A model generated the notes under the pieces. The model did not search any database. It was not told where the DNA came from and saw only the letters and a program-made list of their open reading frames with translations. Positions 58,316 to 64,000 of a stretch of DNA of 64,000 bases are shown here, in pieces; position 1 is the first letter of the stretch; every line of letters begins with the position of its first letter. The DNA is taken from NCBI GenBank assembly GCA_900542355.1, contig UQNE01000002.1, positions 56,957 to 120,956 on the forward strand. Reading direction: 5' to 3'. Both the position numbers and the translations under genes were made by a program. The DNA is from an uncultured Bacteroidales bacterium (GTDB lineage Bacteria > Bacteroidota > Bacteroidia > Bacteroidales > Paludibacteraceae).

Positions 58316-60244
58316 TTGCTTTTGCCTTGTCATTTTACCTTTGTTTTGTCGTCAGTTTTGCTCATTAACACTCACTCAGTTTTGCAGCGTCGTTTGGTCG
58401 CCATATTGTTGAGTCTCTGTTGGTTTCTTCCGAGCAGGGCAGACAACAACGCACGCTTGGAGGACATCATTGGGGATATCTATGAGCAACTCACCGAGAT
58501 TAGTGCCACCGACTATGAGGAACTGCAAGACCAATTGCTCAACCTCACCGAACACCCTATCGACCTCAACTCTGCTCGTGCCGATGACCTCGAGCAACTG
58601 CCTTTTCTGAGCGATCAGCAGATAGACGCTATCTTGCTCTATGTGTATGAACACCCGATACACGACTTATCCGAACTGCAACTGATTGATTGTCTGCAAG
58701 ATTACGACATACGCAACCTTCGCCCGTTTGTTTGTGTGATGCCCGTAGATACCGTGCAACACCTCGCAGTCAAGGAGGTGTTTCGCTATGCTCATCATGA
58801 GATTATCACTCGTATCGATGCCCGCAATGTGGAGCAGTTTACGGGCGACCCGATATTCTTCCAAACACGATACAAGTTTAACTACCAAAACCGTGTGCAA
58901 TTTGGTGCGCAACTGCGTCGTCCCGCAGGCGGAGGAGCCGATGATTTGCAGTACGGCGGGTATCTGATGCTTCGCGATATTGGCGTAATGCGCACCCTGG
59001 TGGCGGGTAATTACCAAGCCTCTTTCGGACAAGGACTGGTGTTTGCCAACGCAGCGCGCTATGGCAAGTCGCGCTATGTGCTCAATGCGGGCAAGACTAT
59101 CGACGGACTGAATCGATACACGGGTGTGGACGGAGGGGGACTGCATGGCACCGGCACCACTCTGCAATGGCATGTAGGCGGGTTGCGTATCGATTGGTCG
59201 GCACTATACTCGCTGCAACGCACGCAAGACACAGTGCGCCATCATCTGCTCGGTACGAACCTCACTTTTCGCTATCGGCAACTGAAAATAGGTCTGACGG
59301 CAGCCGAGCACATCTACTCCGACTCGGTTTTTCCGTACCGTGATATGCGCTACAACAAACACTATTTTCGGGGCAACCGACAAGGCGTAATGGGGCTGAA
59401 TTTCCGCTACAACTATGGTTTGTTTGACCTCTTCGGTGAGGTAGCCGTGGCGCAGAACAGGCGATGGGGCGTAGGTGTAGAGGTGGGCAGCCGTATCACT
59501 CCGACGCAGGGTGTGGGGCTACTGCTGCTCTATCGCTACTACTCGCCGTGGTTCGACAATCCGCAGGGCTACGCTTTCTCTGAGACCTCACGGCTCAACG
59601 ATGAGAACGGCGGCTACATCGGCTTTCAGATAGACCGCCTGCGCCATTGGCAATGGACAGGGTATGCCGATGTGTTCCGCTTTGCCGACATCAAGTATGG
59701 TATTCCTTATGCGCCCTCGTGGGGCTACGATGCCATGCTTGAGACGGCCTATCTGCCCAATAGCGAAGCCGATATTCGCCTGCGGCTGCAAGCCAAACAG
59801 AAAGCACGGCGGGACACCTACAGTGCGCGATTGCAGGTGAATTGGACAGACGGGCAATGGCGGTTGCGCACACAAATGAATGCCAATATCGTTGCCGACA
59901 GCACGCGGCAGGTATCCTACGGACTGAGCATACACCAAGACATACAATACACTTTTTCGGCAGTACCGCTGACGCTGCAACTGCGCTTGCAGGGCTTCGA
60001 CGCACGCCACTACTACAATCGCATTTACAACTACGAAAACGATGTGCTCTACGGCTATTCCGTTCCCGCTGTCTATGGGCAGGGCGGACGGATATACCTG
60101 AATATGCGATGGCAGATTATCAGGCAGTTGGGGCTATACTTGCGCGTCAGCAACACCGTCTATGCGCCCTCGTGGGTAGCCGCCCATCCCGGCGTTTCTG
60201 CGACACGAACCGATATCCACTTGCTCCTGCGTGCTACACTCTGA
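58316..60244 (+). CDS. helix-hairpin-helix (ComEA-like) domain protein fused to a predicted outer-membrane beta-barrel
   Basis: HhH region LNSARADDLEQLPFLSDQQIDAILLY, followed by ~450 aa of alternating aromatic strands ending in an aromatic residue. Confidence 0.6.
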   Translation: MLLPCHFTFVLSSVLLINTHSVLQRRLVAILLSLCWFLPSRADNNARLEDIIGDIYEQLTEISATDYEELQDQLLNLTEHPIDLNSARADDLEQLPFLSDQQIDAILLYVYEHPIHDLSELQLIDCLQDYDIRNLRPFVCVMPVDTVQHLAVKEVFRYAHHEIITRIDARNVEQFTGDPIFFQTRYKFNYQNRVQFGAQLRRPAGGGADDLQYGGYLMLRDIGVMRTLVAGNYQASFGQGLVFANAARYGKSRYVLNAGKTIDGLNRYTGVDGGGLHGTGTTLQWHVGGLRIDWSALYSLQRTQDTVRHHLLGTNLTFRYRQLKIGLTAAEHIYSDSVFPYRDMRYNKHYFRGNRQGVMGLNFRYNYGLFDLFGEVAVAQNRRWGVGVEVGSRITPTQGVGLLLLYRYYSPWFDNPQGYAFSETSRLNDENGGYIGFQIDRLRHWQWTGYADVFRFADIKYGIPYAPSWGYDAMLETAYLPNSEADIRLRLQAKQKARRDTYSARLQVNWTDGQWRLRTQMNANIVADSTRQVSYGLSIHQDIQYTFSAVPLTLQLRLQGFDARHYYNRIYNYENDVLYGYSVPAVYGQGGRIYLNMRWQIIRQLGLYLRVSNTVYAPSWVAAHPGVSATRTDIHLLLRATL

Positions 60245-60350
60245 GCAGGGAATACTTAATTGATTTAGATAGAAGGAAAATGACATTTTGTTTACTTTTC
60301 TGCCGAAAAACGAACAAAATGATTGTTTGGGTGCTAAGTCTTAGGTCTCG

Positions 60351-60414
60351 ACAAGGTCTCGACGAGAGTCCGACAAAGTTGGCTCAAAGTCGGGATAACA
60401 AAAAGATAGGAAAA
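60351..60414 (+). repeat. full-length copy (C) of the TTAGGTCTCGAcaAGGTCTCGA repeat family
   Basis: TTAGGTCTCGACAAGGTCTCGACGAGAGTCCGACAAAGTTGGCTCAAAGTCGGGATAACAAAAAGATAGG. Confidence 0.75.
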
Positions 60415-60486
60415 CAGGCGAAAAAGTAGAAATTGTATGGATAAGGAGGATTAGGAAAAATGAAGGAAACGAGCGAAAGGAAAGAG

Positions 60487-61080
60487 TCAGTCGAACAACT
60501 CCATCAATACATCCAACGAACGAGGCGATTGCCAATCATCGATTTGGTCGGCGAAATAGTTGCAAAGGGCTTGTAGTTGCTGCTGCCGCTCGCTGCGTGA
60601 AGAGGGTACTTGTACCAACTCGGGGTGGATCTCCTCGTCGATACCGAATCCCAAGAGCGCAGCCAAGTCTACCAAGAAACGGATGTGCAGGTTCTCCGGC
60701 TGCGGAGTGGTGTCTAACTTTTGCACGACGGAGGTCAGATAGTCGAACAAGACGGTGTCTTCCATCGGGTGGCGCAGCGTGCGGTAGAGAATCTCTGCCA
60801 CAAACATCGCCACTGTCTGTCGGCGCAAGTCTTGCGGCAACTGCGTGGGTACATAGAGCAGGCGGGCTTGTCGGAGGGTCTGAAATTGGCGAGCAGGAGC
60901 CGCATCGTAGGTCAGTTCTTCCAGGCTGAGCGGTGCATACTGCGCAGCACTTTTCTTCCGACCTAAGCCATACACCATATAGTTGACGCGCCCATACGCA
61001 CGCGTAAAAGTGTGGAGGATATGTGCCTTGTCGCTGTACGGCTGAAGGCTAAGCACTATGGCGGGGGTGGTAACAAGCAT
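60487..61080 (-). CDS. recO: DNA repair protein RecO
   Basis: N-terminal OB-fold MLVTTPAIVLSLQPY and C-terminal ...SLDVLMELFD, matching recalled Bacteroides RecO. Start set at the internal Met. The ORF-track N-terminal 26 aa look non-native. Confidence 0.8.
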   Translation of the reverse strand: MLVTTPAIVLSLQPYSDKAHILHTFTRAYGRVNYMVYGLGRKKSAAQYAPLSLEELTYDAAPARQFQTLRQARLLYVPTQLPQDLRRQTVAMFVAEILYRTLRHPMEDTVLFDYLTSVVQKLDTTPQPENLHIRFLVDLAALLGFGIDEEIHPELVQVPSSRSERQQQLQALCNYFADQIDDWQSPRSLDVLMELFD

Positions 61081-61183
61081 TGATAGAACCATTGCGCCAG
61101 CATAAGACACGGCGAATAGGCGATACAAAAGTACAACAAAAAACTGAATAAACACCATTGCTGCAAAAAAAACACGGAAAAGT

Positions 61184-61214
61184 TTTGCTATATCAAAAAA
61201 AAGCAGTAATTTTG
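61184..61214 (+). promoter_or_regulatory. Bacteroidetes sigma-A promoter (TTTG-N19-TAatTTTG) for rpmH
   Basis: agttttgctatatcaaaaaaaagcagtaattttgcagtcgctttt. Confidence 0.55.
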
Positions 61215-61339
61215 CAGTCGCTTTTCGTCTAACGGCTAAGACGGAGTAGAGAACTGTATAAATAGAACCCGCCCGATGAAGGGGTTTCGCAGCAGATTGC
61301 GAGATACTTTCTGATAGGGCATAAACCTAATAAAGAGAG

Positions 61340-61498
61340 ATGAAACGTACATTCCAACCATCGCAACGCAAGCGTCGTAACAAACACGGTTTTCGCGAGA
61401 GAATGGCTACCGCAAATGGTCGCCGCGTATTGGCTGCTCGTCGTGCTCACGGTCGTAAGAAACTGACTGTTGCAGACGAAGGACGCCACAAGTATTAA
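61340..61498 (+). CDS. rpmH: 50S ribosomal protein L34 (52 aa), below the ORF-track size cutoff
   Basis: Translation [52 protein letters not shown]. Confidence 0.9.
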   Translation: MKRTFQPSQRKRRNKHGFRERMATANGRRVLAARRAHGRKKLTVADEGRHKY

Positions 61499-61530
61499 TT
61501 AGTTCGGCTAATTAAGCACATACCAATACA

Positions 61531-61567
61531 GGGAAAAGAGACCGTGTCTCCTTTCCCTTGTTTTGTA
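61531..61567 (+). terminator. intrinsic terminator after rpmH (12-bp stem gggaaaagagac/gtctcctttccc with one mismatch, 3-nt loop, T-rich tail)
   Basis: Read directly. Confidence 0.6.
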
Positions 61568-61574
61568 ACTTGAT

Positions 61575-61740
61575 AGAGGGAAGTGGAATAACTAGGAATA
61601 TCTAGAAGATCTAGGAGGCTAAGAGGTCTAGAAGATATAGAATAAATAGAGAATCTAGGGTGTATAGAATATCTGGAATGCCTAGGGAACTTAGATAGTC
61701 CGGGATGACTTAGAGCCTATAAGATTTAGAAAATCCAAAG
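61575..61740 (+). repeat. purine-rich 10-bp-periodic CTAG element (copy E3, longest) between rpmH and rbfA
   Basis: gatagagggaagtggaataactaggaatatctagaagatctaggaggctaagaggtctagaagatatagaataaatagagaatctagggtgtatagaatatctggaatgcctagggaacttagatag... Confidence 0.7.
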
Positions 61741-61760
61741 AAATAACAAAATAATATCGT

Positions 61761-62153
61761 ATGGAATCAACAAGACAACACAAGATTGCTCGCTTGATAC
61801 AGAAAGACTTGAGCGATATCTTTTTGCGCTTTGCACGCACACTCGGCGGGACACTTATCTCGGTGAGCGAAGTGCGTATCTCGCCCGACTTGGCGATAGC
61901 ACACATCTACCTGTCGATATTTCCGCAAAACAAAGTGGCGGAGACAATGGAAAAGATAGAGGAAAACAAGGGTAAGTTCCGTGGTGAGATGGGGACACTC
62001 GAACGCCACCAACTGCGTATCATACCCGAACTGAACTTTCATCTTGACGAGACTATTGACCGTATGGAGCGTATTGACCAACTGCTCCAAAGCGATACCC
62101 ACCTCGCCGAGGAGAAGAAAACTGCCACTCCTAATACTGAGGCAACTAAATAA
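61761..62153 (+). CDS. rbfA: ribosome-binding factor A
   Basis: RQHKIARLIQKDLSDIF...VSEVRISPDLAIAHIY, a KH-like fold. Confidence 0.9.
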   Translation: MESTRQHKIARLIQKDLSDIFLRFARTLGGTLISVSEVRISPDLAIAHIYLSIFPQNKVAETMEKIEENKGKFRGEMGTLERHQLRIIPELNFHLDETIDRMERIDQLLQSDTHLAEEKKTATPNTEATK

Positions 62154-62186
62154 CTACCGCTACACGCATATATATAAGGTGTATCT

Positions 62187-63401
62187 GTGAGTCGGTTTGA
62201 GGGACATATAGCTTGGCGGTATCTATTCTCGAAGAAAGGACATAACGCTATCAATATCGTTTCGGGCGTCAGTGCGGCGTCGGTGTGCGTTGTTACGGCG
62301 GCTATGGTGTGCGTACTGAGTGTGATGAACGGCTTTGGAAACTTGGTAGAGCACATGTTCTCCGAGTTCGACCCCGAGATAAAGATTGTTGCCACCGACG
62401 GCAAGTACTTCCGCACCGACACTGCGACTATCGAACAACTGCACCAACTGGCGTGTGTTGAGGCTATATCGGAGGTGGTAGAAGAGACGGCTCTCGTGCG
62501 CTACAAAGAGCACCAACTGCCCGCTCGACTGATGGGTGTAGATGACCGATTTAGACAGATAACGCATATCGATTCTATCATTAGCGATGGTAGTTTCTCG
62601 GTGTATGACGGAGCGTTCGACCGCTGTGTGATGGGGCGCGGACTGGCATCGCAGTTGGGAATGAATGCGCACTTTGTAGGTGGGGTACATCTGTATGCGC
62701 CTAAGCGCACCGAGCGGGTGAATATGCTACGCCCCGACGAGAGTTTCTGCCACGAGGTGTGCTTTATTTCCGGCACTTTTGCGGTCAATCAAGTGCAGTA
62801 TGACGACCAACTGTTGCTCGTTTCCCTACCATTGGCACGCCGTATATTCCAATACGATTCACTCACTGTAACATCGCTGAGTCTCCGTCTAAAAGCTGAT
62901 GTCAACCTGCGACAAGCCAAACGGCAGATAGCCCAAGCCTTAGGAAACGGCTATAGCGTACAAGACCGCTATGAGCAGCAAGAGGATTTTTTTCGTATTC
63001 TGAAGATAGAGAAACTGCTCACCGCTTTGTTGCTGGTGTTCATACTCTTGATAGCCTGCTTTAATGTGATTGGTTCGCTATCGATGCTAATGATCGACAA
63101 GCGCGAGGATATTCGCATACTGAGTGACCTCGGGGCAAGCAGAAAGCAGATACAGCGTATTTTCCGTTACGAAGGGTGGCTAATCAGCGGGTTGGGTGCA
63201 ATAACAGGATTGTTGCTCGGTGTGGCGATATGCTTACTGCAACAGCACTATGGTTGGCTCAAACTCGGCAACGGCGATGATTATGTAATCTCGGCATACC
63301 CAGTCTTGGTGGAGCCTACCGACATAGTGATAGTGGCCGCCGTGGTGCTTCTGCTCGGTTGGATAGCCGCATGGTATCCCACTCGCAAACTCTCCGCCTA
63401 A
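62187..63401 (+). CDS. FtsX-like ABC transporter permease (LolC/LolE-like)
   Basis: 4-TM MacB/FtsX topology with a large periplasmic loop. 404 aa. Confidence 0.8.
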   Translation: MSRFEGHIAWRYLFSKKGHNAINIVSGVSAASVCVVTAAMVCVLSVMNGFGNLVEHMFSEFDPEIKIVATDGKYFRTDTATIEQLHQLACVEAISEVVEETALVRYKEHQLPARLMGVDDRFRQITHIDSIISDGSFSVYDGAFDRCVMGRGLASQLGMNAHFVGGVHLYAPKRTERVNMLRPDESFCHEVCFISGTFAVNQVQYDDQLLLVSLPLARRIFQYDSLTVTSLSLRLKADVNLRQAKRQIAQALGNGYSVQDRYEQQEDFFRILKIEKLLTALLLVFILLIACFNVIGSLSMLMIDKREDIRILSDLGASRKQIQRIFRYEGWLISGLGAITGLLLGVAICLLQQHYGWLKLGNGDDYVISAYPVLVEPTDIVIVAAVVLLLGWIAAWYPTRKLSA

Positions 63402-63424
63402 CATACATCAACAGCGCAAAAACG

Positions 63425-63970
63425 ATGAAACCATACACCTATATACTTATATGTGCAGCCGCAGTAGCCATCACTTCCTGCGGAGGCGTAACGCCCACGC
63501 AACCTGTCGATTATAGCAACGAGTTTACCACATGCTATGTGGAGCGGTATGGGCAGTTCTACGACAGTCTGCCACGCAATGTGTTTGCACTGGATTTGTA
63601 CACCGAAGGTGTGTCACTCGACTCGACGCAGCATATTGTCGGCTCGGGTACTAACCTGTATATCAGCGATATATTTCTCTCTGACTCGCTATTTGCGCAG
63701 GGCACTTATTTCTCCGATACCACCACAGCGGAGCATACTTTTCTGCCCGGGCAGAACTTTGAGGGTACGCCCACGGGCATCTACTTGCTCTCTATTGCCG
63801 AATCGGCGGTAGCGGGTATTCAGGTGCTCGATTCGGGGCAGTTCACCGTAATGCAGACGCCCGACTCGCTGTACGACATACGCTTCACACTCTACCGTGG
63901 CAAACAGCAGTACAGCGGGCACTTCGAGGGCGCACTCCGCTACAACGACAAACGCCTATCCGACCAATGA
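63425..63970 (+). CDS. lipoprotein of unknown function
   Basis: MKPYTYILICAAAVAITSCGG signal and lipobox. Start set at the internal Met rather than the ORF-track 63359. Confidence 0.5.
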   Translation: MKPYTYILICAAAVAITSCGGVTPTQPVDYSNEFTTCYVERYGQFYDSLPRNVFALDLYTEGVSLDSTQHIVGSGTNLYISDIFLSDSLFAQGTYFSDTTTAEHTFLPGQNFEGTPTGIYLLSIAESAVAGIQVLDSGQFTVMQTPDSLYDIRFTLYRGKQQYSGHFEGALRYNDKRLSDQ

Positions 63971-64000
63971 TGAGCGAGGAGAAAGACCCGATATACAAAG

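Overview
This window looks like a ~50 % GC chromosomal segment from a Bacteroidales-type genome. The pointers are a fused SecDF, a parA-parB-DUF5683-mltD run, TAnnTTTG-type promoters, a T9SS C-terminal sorting domain, and no Shine-Dalgarno dependence. Most of it is conserved core. On the + strand: kduI-kduD, a GT9 heptosyltransferase-like gene, parA/parB, DUF5683, an LT-LysM transglycosylase, a MerR-like regulator, a GtrB-like GT2 plus YfhO pair, secDF, recA, tRNA-Gln, rplY-pth, hslR-like, nth, ileS, an AsmA-like protein, dcp, rpmH, rbfA and a LolE-like permease. On the - strand: the first half of the dcw cluster (mraZ-rsmH-ftsL-ftsI-murE-mraY-murD-ftsW-murG) and recO. The non-core content is where the interest lies. 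(1) An intergenic repeat family beginning TTAGGTCTCGAcaAGGTCTCGA has four copies, all at gene 3' ends and co-oriented with transcription. (2) A GxxExxY small-nuclease-like gene, flanked by imperfect AT-rich inverted repeats, sits between murD and mraY. The dcw cluster also stops at murG, with a convergent gene only 18 bp from its stop. (3) A 2368-aa multi-domain T9SS cargo protein has a GC-rich 169-aa companion gene downstream and a 771-aa paralog of its C-terminal module, whose CTD looks truncated, elsewhere in the window. (4) Purine-rich elements with 10-bp-periodic CTAG spacing lie beside translation genes. (5) ATGCAT-decamer arrays lie upstream of mraZ and in front of nth. (6) Two promoter-plus-terminator units contain no ORF and are sRNA or leader candidates. 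(7) A 45-aa zinc-ribbon ORF is missing from the ORF track. All calls come from reading the sequence and from recalled family knowledge; no database search was run.
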